Below, piece after piece: positions 19,046-29,280 of a stretch of 43,467 nucleotides of DNA. Origin of the DNA: Candidatus Komeilibacteria bacterium (GTDB lineage: Bacteria; Patescibacteriota; Patescibacteriia; UBA1558; GWA2-36-10); contig JABHYW010000035.1 of NCBI GenBank assembly GCA_018656655.1, positions 1 through 43,467 of the forward strand. Direction: 5' to 3'. A program made the translations under genes and the position numbers. The notes below the pieces were generated by a model. It worked only from the letters and a program-made list of their open reading frames with translations. It searched no databases and was not told the DNA's origin. Position 1 is the stretch's first letter. Each line of letters begins with the position of its first letter.

Positions 19046-20473
19046 TTAAGCTAATTTCTTAATAGCTTTTTTTACTCTAGTTAAAGCCTCTTCCTTTCCA
19101 AGAAATTCTAATAATTCTGCTGGAGATGGACTCTGTTCTAAGCCAGAACAGGCTACTCTTAGTGGCCAGAAAATATCACCGGGACTTAATTTTCTTTTTT
19201 CAATAATATCTTTAATTGAAGTATTGATAGTATCTTGATTCCATTCGCTGTGGTGAATTTTTCCTAGAGTACCTAAAGCTAAATTGATAGCTTCTTTAGT
19301 TTTAGCTAGATCTGATTTTTTAAAAATTAGCATTTTTTTATCATAATCTGGTAAATCAAATAAAAATTTACTATCTTCACCCAACTGAGACAAATTGTCT
19401 ATTCGGCTACCAAATAATCGTAGTACTTTTTTAGCTTGATGGGAATTTTTACCCAGAAAGCTTTCGGCATTGCTTATTAATTGGTCGAATCTTTTATCAT
19501 TTTGAATTATAATTTTACGAATATACTCAGCGTTAAACCAATTGAGTTTTGTTACATCAAAAACAGCTCCAGCTTTATTTATTTTTTCTAAAGAAAATTC
19601 TTTTATTAAATCATCAAGCATAAAAAATTCTTTGTTGTTACCTGGATTCCAACCTAGTAGAGCTACATAATTTAAAAGAGCTTCAATTAAATAACCTTTT
19701 TTAAGATAGTCTTCTACAGCAACATCGCCCTGCCTTTTAGATAATTTTGATTTGTCAGGATTTAATAATAATGGCAAGTGAACAAAAGTAGGTAAGGCAT
19801 ATTTTAAAGCTTCATAGATTAGGATGTGTTTTGGCAAAGATGGCATCCATTCCTCTCCTCTAATAACATGACTAATACGCATATCATGATCATCCACTAC
19901 ACTTGCTAAATGATAAGTTGGAAATTTATTTGATTTTAATATTACAAAGTCATCGAGGTCTTGGCCCTTGATAGAAATTTTTCCATAAACTGCATCTTGC
20001 CCAACTATAATTTCATTGTCAGGAATTTTGAAGCGGACAACAAATTTTTGACCAGCTACTATTTTTTTATCAATTTCTTCTTTAGATAAGTTTAAACAAT
20101 GTCGATCATATTTTGGAACTTGTTTATTTTTTTGCTGTTTGGTTCTCATTTCGTCTAATCTTTCAGGAGAGCAGAAGCATCTATAGGCATTATTATTGTC
20201 TATTAATTTATCACTAGCTTTTTGGTATAAGGCCAGACGATCAGATTGATGTTTTATGGCTACATCAGAATTAATACCTAGCTTAGCCAAAGTATCTATT
20301 AGTTCTTGATCAGCATTAGCTATCAATCTGGCTCTATCGGTGTCCTCTATTCTAATTATAAATTCCCCTTTATTTTTTTTTGCCCAAAGATAAGAGAATA
20401 GCGCAGTACGTAAACCGCCTATATGTAAGTATCCAGTTGGACTGGGTGCAAATCTAGTTCTTATTTTTTGCAT
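19046..20473 (-). CDS. gltX: Glutamate--tRNA ligase
   Basis: RFAPSPTGYLHIGG, RIEDTD and KLSKR motifs. Confidence 0.97.
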   Translation of the reverse strand: MQKIRTRFAPSPTGYLHIGGLRTALFSYLWAKKNKGEFIIRIEDTDRARLIANADQELIDTLAKLGINSDVAIKHQSDRLALYQKASDKLIDNNNAYRCFCSPERLDEMRTKQQKNKQVPKYDRHCLNLSKEEIDKKIVAGQKFVVRFKIPDNEIIVGQDAVYGKISIKGQDLDDFVILKSNKFPTYHLASVVDDHDMRISHVIRGEEWMPSLPKHILIYEALKYALPTFVHLPLLLNPDKSKLSKRQGDVAVEDYLKKGYLIEALLNYVALLGWNPGNNKEFFMLDDLIKEFSLEKINKAGAVFDVTKLNWFNAEYIRKIIIQNDKRFDQLISNAESFLGKNSHQAKKVLRLFGSRIDNLSQLGEDSKFLFDLPDYDKKMLIFKKSDLAKTKEAINLALGTLGKIHHSEWNQDTINTSIKDIIEKRKLSPGDIFWPLRVACSGLEQSPSPAELLEFLGKEEALTRVKKAIKKLA

Positions 20474-21203
20474 GTGTTTTCTTATTTTTTCGTTTATCTT
20501 TATATATTAACCAAGAAAATTGGATAACAGCTTTATTTATGCGTAATAGTCTATTTGGCTGTATTAATAGACGCCAAAGCCATTCTAGGCCAAAACTACG
20601 AGCAAATTTTGGTGCCCTCTTTATTTTACCAGACATGAAGTCAAATGTCCCGCCTACTCCAGCTGCTATTTTAACATTAGGAATTTGATTTAAATGTTCC
20701 GATATCCATATATCTTGTCTGGGTGCTCCAAAACCAACTAATATAATTTCAGGAGCAAATAATTTAGCTTTTTCTAAAGCCGTATTTTCGTCTGCTACCT
20801 GAAAATCCAAAGAAGGATATTTACTTTTAATGCTCATAAAAAATTTATCGGCCTTGGTCATTCCCTTGCTATAGAGACAAAACAGTATTTTTAAATCTCT
20901 GTTAACTGCTTTATCAATTAATATTTGAGCTAATTGGACTCCAGTAATTCTATCATCAAGGGAAACCTTATGTCCCATATATTGCAAAGCCTTAATAACA
21001 CCAGTACCATCAATTAGAGAAATACTAGATTGATTAATAGAATCTAGGAATTTTTTATTTTTTTGACTACTAATTATAAATTCAGGATTAACAGTGGCTA
21101 TCTGATGTGCTTTGTCAGAATTTAAAAACTCAAGCAATTTATTTTTTAAAATATGCTCGGCTATTACATTTACTTTTACTCCTAAGATATTATATTCTGT
21201 CAT
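20454..21203 (-). CDS. WecB/TagA/CpsF-family glycosyltransferase
   Basis: TVNPEF, DGTGV, VGFGAPRQD.W and GVGGTFDF..G.IKRAP...GLEWLWRL motifs. Confidence 0.93.
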   Translation of the reverse strand: MTEYNILGVKVNVIAEHILKNKLLEFLNSDKAHQIATVNPEFIISSQKNKKFLDSINQSSISLIDGTGVIKALQYMGHKVSLDDRITGVQLAQILIDKAVNRDLKILFCLYSKGMTKADKFFMSIKSKYPSLDFQVADENTALEKAKLFAPEIILVGFGAPRQDIWISEHLNQIPNVKIAAGVGGTFDFMSGKIKRAPKFARSFGLEWLWRLLIQPNRLLRINKAVIQFSWLIYKDKRKNKKTHAKNKN

Positions 21204-21751
21204 AAATCAAAACTTTGTAAGCTAGTAAATTCTGGACCCGTTTTAGTTAATTCGCTTTCTATAAGTTCAAAGTATGATGCAAAAAATGATCTTTGTATTG
21301 ACCAGTCTTTAAAATTTTTAAATTCATCAAAATCAGCGGCTTGTTTTACTCTGGCCAGGGTAAGATGCGTAGAAAATCTACGGACTTCTTTATGAGCTAA
21401 GCCATCGTCAAATAAAACTTGCTCTATTTCATCATATAAGTTTTGCAATAGTTTATTTTCTTTTACATTCAAAACTAATACTTTTGGTTGACGTTCATTA
21501 AAAATTTTAGTTTGATCAATATTAATTTCCAAATCTTTTATATCTAAATCTAGCTTATCGAGACTATCTATAATATCTGGAATTTTGTCTATTGGTATTT
21601 TACCTAAAAATTTTAAAGTTAAATAAATTTGATCAGGGCTGACTTTTTTTATTTTTTCCCAAGGCAAATTTAGAGCCTCAAATTTTTTAAATAAGTCTCT
21701 AGCAATAGCCTGATCAACTGGCAGTGATATAAATAATTTTTTCATTTCCAT
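21200..21751 (-). CDS. thpR: RNA 2',3'-cyclic phosphodiesterase (2H phosphoesterase)
   Basis: KLFISL, (Y)LTLKFLG, F.THLTLAR and LIESELTKTGP motifs; first HxT motif reads YLT. Confidence 0.85.
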   Translation of the reverse strand: MEMKKLFISLPVDQAIARDLFKKFEALNLPWEKIKKVSPDQIYLTLKFLGKIPIDKIPDIIDSLDKLDLDIKDLEINIDQTKIFNERQPKVLVLNVKENKLLQNLYDEIEQVLFDDGLAHKEVRRFSTHLTLARVKQAADFDEFKNFKDWSIQRSFFASYFELIESELTKTGPEFTSLQSFDL

Positions 21752-21852
21752 GGTATGATTTTATCTTAAATATGCTTAAAAATCAATGGTAAAAATACGT
21801 GAATTTTGTTATAATATATAGACTAAAAATAAAATAATAATTTTAAATTTAT

Positions 21853-23343
21853 ATGCCCAATTTTTATAGGAAGAAAATAGCGACTTTAACTTTATTGGCA
21901 ATACTTATCCCCAACTTAGTTTTTGGAGCAGAGGTAGATTATGACAAGATAATATCTGATTCAGACGCAAACAATTACCAATCTATGACAATGTTTGAAA
22001 TTAGAGATTTTTTAAGTTCACAAAATTCATACCTAAAAGATTATACATATAGTGGAAATAACCCCTCTCCTACTCAAGTAGCCTCAGGTCCTGATAAAAA
22101 GTATATTCAGACTAGAACTGCCGCTACTATAATATATAATGCTGCTCAAGAAGCCAGAATAAACCCGCAGTTTCTATTAACTTTACTTCAAAAAGAACAA
22201 GGCTTAATAGAAAAATCTAATCCATCTGATCGAGCTCTTAATTTTGCCATGGGATACTATTGTTATGATGGGAATTATTGTAATGTTAAATATAAAGGTT
22301 TTGGTAAACAAGTTAGAGGTGCGGCTTTGCAATTCAGATGGTATCTAGATAACATTTATAGTTATAATTGGCAACCAAATAAACCAGCTTGTGCTGATGA
22401 CCCGAATACCTTATTACCTTGTACTTCTAGGGGTACTGTAGTTACTCCAGCTAATAATATTACAGCTGCTATGTATATTTACACTCCACACCTTCATGGT
22501 AATAAATTATTTTTTACTCTGTGGAATAAATATGGTTTTGGTGGTTTGATTGATGAGGGAGATGATATACCAATTGCTAGTCTAGGATTTTTACCTGATG
22601 GAGCTTTAGTAAAGGCCAAAGATGGTGAAGAAGGAACAATTTATTTAATAGCTAATGGTCAAAAGAGAGCTTTTTCTAATATGACCTCTTTAATATCAAG
22701 ATTTAATCCAGACAAAGTATTATCTATAGAACAAGAAGAGCTTGATAAATATGATGACGGTTCATTAATTGCTCACGCTAACTACTCGCTTCTAGAAGGC
22801 TCAGGTGGTAATAAGTATTTAATTGATGGATTGTTTAAAAGATTAATAGTTTCTGATGAAGCTTTTAGACAGTTAGGATTTAATCCTTTAGAACTTGAAG
22901 AGGCTAGCTTCTCTGAATTAGCTGCCTATGCAGATGGTGAAGATTTAAGTGGCTCCTCTACTCCTTTTGCTGAGTTGTGGCAAGATATAGATACAGCAGG
23001 AATTTATTTAGTTAAAGATGCTAAAAAACATAGAGTTATAGATCAATTTATAATTGATGTTAATTTTGCTGATATGGAGCTTAGAGAAGTAACTAGTAAA
23101 ACATTAATTGACTTAACTAGTGATTCTCCAATTAAATTAGTTGACGGTACTTTAATCAAAAAAGATTTAGATGCCAGAGTTTATGTAATATCTAATGGCG
23201 AACGTCGTTTGATTCCTGACGGCGCTACCTTTAATAAACTAGGTTATGCTTGGACTCAAATTTATACAGTGTCTAATAAAATATTAAATTTTCATAAACT
23301 AGGAACAGTTATAATAAGCCAAGAATTTACCCCTGTTAAATAA
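21853..23343 (+). CDS. Secreted/surface protein with N-terminal cell-wall-hydrolase-like domain and C-terminal repeats
   Basis: Signal peptide; INPQFLLTLLQKEQGLI...AMGY...YTPH domain; repeated DG.L.K....YLI.NG.KR modules. Confidence 0.6.
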   Translation: MPNFYRKKIATLTLLAILIPNLVFGAEVDYDKIISDSDANNYQSMTMFEIRDFLSSQNSYLKDYTYSGNNPSPTQVASGPDKKYIQTRTAATIIYNAAQEARINPQFLLTLLQKEQGLIEKSNPSDRALNFAMGYYCYDGNYCNVKYKGFGKQVRGAALQFRWYLDNIYSYNWQPNKPACADDPNTLLPCTSRGTVVTPANNITAAMYIYTPHLHGNKLFFTLWNKYGFGGLIDEGDDIPIASLGFLPDGALVKAKDGEEGTIYLIANGQKRAFSNMTSLISRFNPDKVLSIEQEELDKYDDGSLIAHANYSLLEGSGGNKYLIDGLFKRLIVSDEAFRQLGFNPLELEEASFSELAAYADGEDLSGSSTPFAELWQDIDTAGIYLVKDAKKHRVIDQFIIDVNFADMELREVTSKTLIDLTSDSPIKLVDGTLIKKDLDARVYVISNGERRLIPDGATFNKLGYAWTQIYTVSNKILNFHKLGTVIISQEFTPVK

Positions 23344-23468
23344 ATTTAATTAATTAGGCATAGGTAACTTCAATTAATATCATAAATAGTCAGATATAGA
23401 TTTTATAATTAATAGCATTAAATTTAATATTTGAGCTTAACTCAAATATTATTTAACGGGATAAATAT

Positions 23469-24257
23469 ATGATTACTTTTGCTAGCTTTGTTCCTCACTC
23501 ACCGATTTTAATTCCAGAGGTAGGCAAAGAAAATTTAGCCAAATTAAAAGAAACTATTGAAGCCTATAAGGATTTAGAGCATGCTTTGTATTCTTCTAAA
23601 CCAGATTTAGTAATTGTTATTTCTCCGCATACTAATAAAGGTGCTGAATTTTTTACGATCAACCAACAGCCAAAATTAAAACTTAATTTTAAAAATTTTG
23701 GAGATTTAGTAACTAAGTTGGAATTTGATAATGATATTGGTTTGGGTTATCAAATAAAAGAGTCTTGCGAGGATTATTTTCCAATCATGTTAACTTCTAA
23801 TAAAGAATTAGATTATGGTACTGGTGTGCCACTCCTCTATCTAATGGAGCATCTGCCAAATACCAAAATTATTAGCATTGGTTATGCAGATTTACCTTAT
23901 CAAGATCATATAAAATTTGGTGAATTAATTCGTAAGCAAATTAATTTAGCTGATAAACGTGTGGCTATTATAGCTTCAGGAGATCTTTCTCATAAATTAC
24001 ACAAAGATTCCCCAGCTGGTTATTCAGATCGTGCTCAAGAATTTGATCAAACAATTATAAAGTTACTTAATAATAATCAAATTGATGATATTATAAATAT
24101 AGATAAAAAATTAGTAAGCGAAGCTGGCGAATGCGGATTACGTTCCTTATTAATACTATTAGGTGCTATTAAAGAAATGAATTATCAGCCTGAAAAATTA
24201 AGTTATCAAGCACCTTTTGGCATAGGTTATTTAGTAGAAAATTTTGAAATAAAATAA
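23469..24257 (+). CDS. LigB/MEMO1-like protein (AmmeMemoRadiSam protein B-like)
   Basis: VPHSPILIP, ISPH, LDYGTGVPL, IASGDLSH, ECG and PFGIGY motifs. Confidence 0.85.
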   Translation: MITFASFVPHSPILIPEVGKENLAKLKETIEAYKDLEHALYSSKPDLVIVISPHTNKGAEFFTINQQPKLKLNFKNFGDLVTKLEFDNDIGLGYQIKESCEDYFPIMLTSNKELDYGTGVPLLYLMEHLPNTKIISIGYADLPYQDHIKFGELIRKQINLADKRVAIIASGDLSHKLHKDSPAGYSDRAQEFDQTIIKLLNNNQIDDIINIDKKLVSEAGECGLRSLLILLGAIKEMNYQPEKLSYQAPFGIGYLVENFEIK

Positions 24258-24274
24258 ATAATTTTAAAAAGCTC

Positions 24275-24547
24275 CTATTCGGAGCTTTTTTTATACTCAG
24301 CTATTAATTTGAAAAAATATCGCCATCGACCAGCCCCTTGGGCCAACTCTTTAGTGTCATCTAGGCATTTTTCTACATAATTTTTATCATAGTCTTTGCA
24401 AATTTTAAATACAGAATTTTTCTTAGATTGGGGAATGTCTAGTTCTTTTATAATAAATAAAGCAAAATCTTGCCACTGATAAGCAGTGGTTCTTTTTTTA
24501 GGTGCTTCTTTCTTCTTCTTTTTGAATATATCAGCTATTTGTTGCAT
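24275..24547 (-). CDS. Hypothetical protein
   Basis: 90-aa ORF filling the gap between divergent/convergent neighbours; hairpin AAAAAGCTCC..GGAGCTTTTT overlaps its stop. Confidence 0.7.
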   Translation of the reverse strand: MQQIADIFKKKKKEAPKKRTTAYQWQDFALFIIKELDIPQSKKNSVFKICKDYDKNYVEKCLDDTKELAQGAGRWRYFFKLIAEYKKSSE

Positions 24548-24686
24548 ATTTGTATATTAACAAAAAAATAGACTTTAGTCATTAATTAGCCCTTACATTG
24601 ACAAAACATATAATATATAGTATATTAAGCTGTTTTGAAAAAGGTGGTCTATCGCCATAATTATCAAAATATAGTATATTATACAT

Positions 24687-25187
24687 ATGTTTAAGATAGC
24701 TAAATATCCAAATCCAGTACTTAGAAAAACCGCTAAATTAGTTGGTGATTTTAATGATGATTTAAAAAAGCTAGCTGACAATATGGCTAAAGTAATGTAT
24801 GAAGATGATGGTATAGGTTTAGCTGCCCCTCAGGTAAGTAAAAGTCTCAGATTAATAGTTGTTGGCTTGGGTTATGGCGAATATAAAACTTACGTTAATC
24901 CAGACATTACATTTTTTTCTAAAGAAAAAACAACTACCGACGAGGGCTGTTTATCATTACCAAAAATCTTTGCTAATGTAATTAGACCAAAGAAAATTCA
25001 TATAAAGTATTACAATCTTGATGGTGAGCTACAAAAAGAAAAGTTAAAAGGTATGGACGCTGTGATATTACAACATGAAGTTGACCATCTCAATGGTATA
25101 TTATTTATTGATAGAGCTGAAAAAATAAACCAAGGTCAAGAAATACTAGATTCTCTAAAAAAACAACTTGATGACAAAGCAAAATAA
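24687..25187 (+). CDS. def: Peptide deformylase
   Basis: GIGLAAPQV, EGCLS and QHEVDHLNG motifs. Confidence 0.97.
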   Translation: MFKIAKYPNPVLRKTAKLVGDFNDDLKKLADNMAKVMYEDDGIGLAAPQVSKSLRLIVVGLGYGEYKTYVNPDITFFSKEKTTTDEGCLSLPKIFANVIRPKKIHIKYYNLDGELQKEKLKGMDAVILQHEVDHLNGILFIDRAEKINQGQEILDSLKKQLDDKAK

Positions 25188-26121
25188 CACCACGACTTCG
25201 CTCAGTGCAAGAATTATATTTTGGGGTACGCCTGAATTTGCAGTACCTTCTTTAGATACTTTAAATAAATTGGATTTAGTATCTTTGGTTGTGACTCAGC
25301 CTGATAGACCAGCTGGCCGTGGTAAAAAATTATTAGCTAGTCCAATTAAAGAGTATGCCACTGAAAATAATATTGATATTCTAGAGCCTCAAAATTTGGA
25401 TGATCATTTTATAAATGAGCTGAAAAAATACCTACCAGCCACTTTTGTAGTAGTGGCCTATGGTAAGATAATTCCACAAGAAATCTTAGATTTATCTGAA
25501 TTAAAAGCTATTAATATTCATCCATCAATGTTACCAATATTACGTGGCCCATCCCCTTCACAAAGCGCTCTTTTAAAGGGTTTTCAGTCTACAGGAGTAT
25601 CTTTAATGCAATTAGACAAAAAGATGGACCATGGTCCAATTTTAAGCCAAATAGAGGTAAAAATAGAGCCAAATGAAGACTATATTGACTTGTCTGAGCG
25701 ATTATCTAAGATTGGAGCAGATATTATTAATAAACATATATTAGATTATCTAAATAACAAGATTACTCCTCTACCCCAAGATGATGAGCAGGCTAGTTTT
25801 TGCAAAATGATAAAAAAAGAAGATGGATTAATTGATTGGCAAAAATCTGCACAAGACATTCATAATAAAGTTCGTGCTTTTCGTTTATGGCCAGGGGCTT
25901 ATACTAAGTTAGATAATTTAGACATTAAAATTTTAAAAAGTGAGGTAGTTGAGGAAAATCTTAAACCTGGAGAAATTAAATTTGATAAAAATAATCTTAT
26001 AGTTGGCACTGCTGACCAGTCTTTAAAAATATTAGAATTGCAAGTAGCTGGTAAAAAAGCTATGAGTGTTCAAGATTTTATACGAGGTTATAATAGGTAT
26101 TTAGATAAAACTTTCCAATAA
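25168..26121 (+). CDS. fmt: Methionyl-tRNA formyltransferase
   Basis: GTPEFA, TQPDRPAGRG, INIHPSMLP..RGPSP and MDHGPI motifs; follows def. Confidence 0.96.
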   Translation: MMTKQNNTTTSLSARIIFWGTPEFAVPSLDTLNKLDLVSLVVTQPDRPAGRGKKLLASPIKEYATENNIDILEPQNLDDHFINELKKYLPATFVVVAYGKIIPQEILDLSELKAINIHPSMLPILRGPSPSQSALLKGFQSTGVSLMQLDKKMDHGPILSQIEVKIEPNEDYIDLSERLSKIGADIINKHILDYLNNKITPLPQDDEQASFCKMIKKEDGLIDWQKSAQDIHNKVRAFRLWPGAYTKLDNLDIKILKSEVVEENLKPGEIKFDKNNLIVGTADQSLKILELQVAGKKAMSVQDFIRGYNRYLDKTFQ

Positions 26122-26153
26122 AAAAAGACTCTAGTTTATCTAAAGTCTTTTTT
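26120..26153. terminator. Bidirectional terminator between fmt and the convergent GT2 gene
   Basis: AAAAAAAGACT-loop-AGTCTTTTTT. Confidence 0.7.
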
Positions 26154-26161
26154 GTTTTAAA

Positions 26162-27700
26162 TTATTTTTTCTTTTCGGTAACCCAAAAGCCTAAATATTT
26201 ACCAAGCATTAATCTTGTTTGAGCGTCTATAGCTGGTATAGAGCCAAATATTATCATAGTCACAGGGAATATAATCCACTGTAGTAGCATTAGTAAATAT
26301 CTTAATGGTTTGGTTATTTTTAAACCTCTTTGTTTTGGTGGTATTGGCGGTAAGATAAATACGCTCATTAAGGCAATTAAAATCATACCTACCATTCCTG
26401 AACGCATTAAATTCTCTAACATTAAAGGTGCATTTTGAGTTAGAACACTAGTTAGACCTTGTTTTTCAGCTAAGTATAGAGGCAAATAACCCATAATAAA
26501 TATTAACATTGGTGCGGTAGCCCAAGTGTAGACACCTTCCGTTTGATTCCAAGTATAAATAAATTTTTTACTAGTGGGCATTTTTTTATTTTTAGCAAAT
26601 TGCCAAACCATATAGGGAAAATGCTCAACTCCATAAGCCCAACGACGCATTTGTTTATATTGATTTACTAAGCTACGCCAAATACCGCCAACATAGACAG
26701 TGTTCATAGATACTGGAATATGCATTGGCTCAACTCTATAATCACCATCATAATGTATTAGACATTGTAAAAATATACGCGAATCTTCAGTTACTATATT
26801 ATTTTGCCAAAAACCAATATCTACCAGTGCTTGCCAACTCATTGAATGTGAAGAAAAAGTAAATAATCTTTCTGGACGAGATAAGTCAGTTAATAGCCAA
26901 AAGGTAGTGCCATTAGCTACTACTCTGGTTATTGGATCAGATTCCCAAATATTATTATGATAAAAAGCCATTGGTTGAAAAGAAGCTCGATATGGATTTT
27001 TGTGAGAAATAAATTTGTGAGTCAAATAAGCAAAATAATCAGGGTGAGAAATTGTATCTACATCAAAGGTAGAGACAATTAATTTTTTATAATCAAAACC
27101 TTGTTCATCAATATATTTTTTAATTTCATAGCCAGCGTGATAAAGATTAGACCCCTTGCCTTTAATTTCGCCTTCTAGGTTATCAGGATGAAGAGTGATA
27201 ACTATTTTATGAAAAATATTTTGATATTTTTCTTTTATTTTATTAGCTATAGGAGTAAATTGTTCTTCATAACGACCTTCTCCAGCTAAAACTATTATTA
27301 ATTTTTTTTGATCATACTTAGTTTTTTTAGCTAAATTATCAAAAGTAGTATCAACTACTTCAAATGGTTCTCCAGCGGTTGGTAAAAACACGACATGATA
27401 ATATTCGCGCCAATGTTTATTATGAGTATGAATTAAAAATTTCCACCAATCTACTTTGGTAGTTTGTCTATATTTATGCCAAGAAAGTAACAAAAATATA
27501 AGCATGTAAGTAATGCGTAGGACAAAATAGACATCAAAAACTATAACAAAATATATACCGTGTAAGGGTGAGATGAAAGATAAGGCAATAACAGTAATAA
27601 AAGTTAGCCAAACCATCATGCCAGGTATTATTTCTAGACTTCTATATTTATAATAGTTTTTATATTCTTGTTGCATTTTTTTATAAAGTATATTGATCAC
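26162..27700 (-). CDS. Membrane-bound processive-type GT2 glycosyltransferase
   Basis: N- and C-terminal TMs; GKGSN, FDVD, VTED and QMRRWAYG (QxxRW) motifs; true start may be the downstream MQQEY. Confidence 0.85.
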   Translation of the reverse strand: MINILYKKMQQEYKNYYKYRSLEIIPGMMVWLTFITVIALSFISPLHGIYFVIVFDVYFVLRITYMLIFLLLSWHKYRQTTKVDWWKFLIHTHNKHWREYYHVVFLPTAGEPFEVVDTTFDNLAKKTKYDQKKLIIVLAGEGRYEEQFTPIANKIKEKYQNIFHKIVITLHPDNLEGEIKGKGSNLYHAGYEIKKYIDEQGFDYKKLIVSTFDVDTISHPDYFAYLTHKFISHKNPYRASFQPMAFYHNNIWESDPITRVVANGTTFWLLTDLSRPERLFTFSSHSMSWQALVDIGFWQNNIVTEDSRIFLQCLIHYDGDYRVEPMHIPVSMNTVYVGGIWRSLVNQYKQMRRWAYGVEHFPYMVWQFAKNKKMPTSKKFIYTWNQTEGVYTWATAPMLIFIMGYLPLYLAEKQGLTSVLTQNAPLMLENLMRSGMVGMILIALMSVFILPPIPPKQRGLKITKPLRYLLMLLQWIIFPVTMIIFGSIPAIDAQTRLMLGKYLGFWVTEKKK

Positions 27701-28760
27701 TTTCTATGCCGACTGCTTCAGAAATATGTTTGAAATTATCATGCTGGATAAGATTTTCTAATTGTTTGTTTATAATATTTACGGCAGTAGGTCCGTTATA
27801 AATTAATCCAGTGATTAATTGTACTAAATTAGCTCCGGCTTTTATTTTTTTATAAGCATCATGACCTGAAAATATACCTCCTGTGCCAATTATTTTATAT
27901 TTACCCTCGCTATATTTATATAAATAGGCAATTATTTTATTTGATTTATCTCTAGTAGGTTTACCAGATATACCGCCTAGCTTATTTTTATTACTTGATT
28001 TAAGATTTAATTTAGTTTTATCTTTAGCCAAATTAGAGGCAATAATAGCATCAACTTTATATTTTTTACTTAAATAAATAATATCATCCAGTTGCTCTTT
28101 GGACAAATCTTGACCAATTTTAAGCCAAATAGGTCTGTGCTTAGTATTGATGCTTTGAATTTTATCTAAAATTGGTTCAAGTAATTCTTTTGATTGTAAG
28201 CCAGTAAAACCATCCACATTTGGACAAGAAAGATTAATAGTAACAATATCAACGTGCTCTGCTAATATTTCAAAACTAGCCTGATAATCATCAGCGGCTT
28301 TGTCCATAGATACATTATTGGTTTTAGCAATACTAGCTGATATAAGACTATTTTTTTTCTTGAGTTGTTCAACTATTTTTTTCGCACCTTGATTGCATAA
28401 ACCATAATAAACAACTAAGCCTTTATCTTTTGGTAATCTCCAAAGTCTGGGTTTAGGATTGCCATCTTGAGCTTGGTGAGTAATAGAGCCAATTTGAGCC
28501 CAAGCAAATCCCATAGCTGACCAAGTATTAATAGCTTGACCGTTTTTATCCAAGCCAGCGGCTAAACCAATTGGATTTTTGAAGTATAGTCCAAATAATT
28601 TTTGGCGTAGTCTAGGAGAGGTGTAATTTAGTTTAGATTTTAATAGTTTATTTAAAAGTTTTGACCTACTAAAAAAAGATAAGCCCCATAAAGTAAAATC
28701 ATGAACTTTCTCTGGATCAATTAGAAATAGGATTGGCCTAATTATTTTTTGGTAAAACAT
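27681..28760 (-). CDS. pyrD: Dihydroorotate dehydrogenase (class 2, quinone-type)
   Basis: DPEKVH, NPIGLAAGLDKNG, GNPKPRLWRL, INLSCPN, GGISGKP and GANLVQ..TGLIY.GP motifs. Confidence 0.93.
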   Translation of the reverse strand: MFYQKIIRPILFLIDPEKVHDFTLWGLSFFSRSKLLNKLLKSKLNYTSPRLRQKLFGLYFKNPIGLAAGLDKNGQAINTWSAMGFAWAQIGSITHQAQDGNPKPRLWRLPKDKGLVVYYGLCNQGAKKIVEQLKKKNSLISASIAKTNNVSMDKAADDYQASFEILAEHVDIVTINLSCPNVDGFTGLQSKELLEPILDKIQSINTKHRPIWLKIGQDLSKEQLDDIIYLSKKYKVDAIIASNLAKDKTKLNLKSSNKNKLGGISGKPTRDKSNKIIAYLYKYSEGKYKIIGTGGIFSGHDAYKKIKAGANLVQLITGLIYNGPTAVNIINKQLENLIQHDNFKHISEAVGIESDQYTL

Positions 28761-29244
28761 TTATTTTATGTTCTATTATTTTATCACTTTTATTAAATAA
28801 GAAATCAGCCTTAAATTTTTTACCTTCTAAAAATACAGGGAACCAATATTGATCATCGTCCCACATTTTTTTGTAGGGAATGTTATCTATATCAAACCAC
28901 TCGGGCTTCATTTCTTCACTTTCTTCAGGCTCTCCTACAAAATTATCGCAGTGAAAAACATGCACCTCTAAATCTTGTTCTTTGTTTTGCCAAGAAAAGT
29001 CTATCACAGCTATTTTCTCTAGTGATTTAACTTCAAGAGAACTTTCTTCAAATAATTCACGTCTAGCCGCCTCTTCTATAGTTTCTCCAGCTTCAAGTTT
29101 ACCGCCAAAGCCATTAAATTTACCCATACCAAAACCTCTTTTTTTAAGACCTAGTAATATTTTATTGTTTTTGGTAATTAAAACTAGAGTTAAAACTGTT
29201 TTTTTAAGCGCCATGACATTTTTTATATTTTTTACCTGAACCAC
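28738..29244 (-). CDS. Nudix hydrolase (MTH1/8-oxo-dGTPase-like)
   Basis: LLGLKKRGFG.GKFNGFGGK...GETIEEAARRELFEE Nudix box and MWDDD; real start probably near 29217/29214. Confidence 0.92.
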   Translation of the reverse strand: MVQVKNIKNVMALKKTVLTLVLITKNNKILLGLKKRGFGMGKFNGFGGKLEAGETIEEAARRELFEESSLEVKSLEKIAVIDFSWQNKEQDLEVHVFHCDNFVGEPEESEEMKPEWFDIDNIPYKKMWDDDQYWFPVFLEGKKFKADFLFNKSDKIIEHKINVLPKNN

Positions 29245-29245
29245 C

Positions 29246-29261
29246 CTTCGGCTTCGCTCAG
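29246..29261 (-). repeat. REP-like repeat, family A (intergenic copy)
   Basis: Reverse complement CTGAGCGAAGCCGAAG; 15/16 identical to 775-790 and related to 25193-25205 and to the insert in the array repeats. Confidence 0.65.
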
Positions 29262-29280
29262 GACGTCGCGTATATATTAT

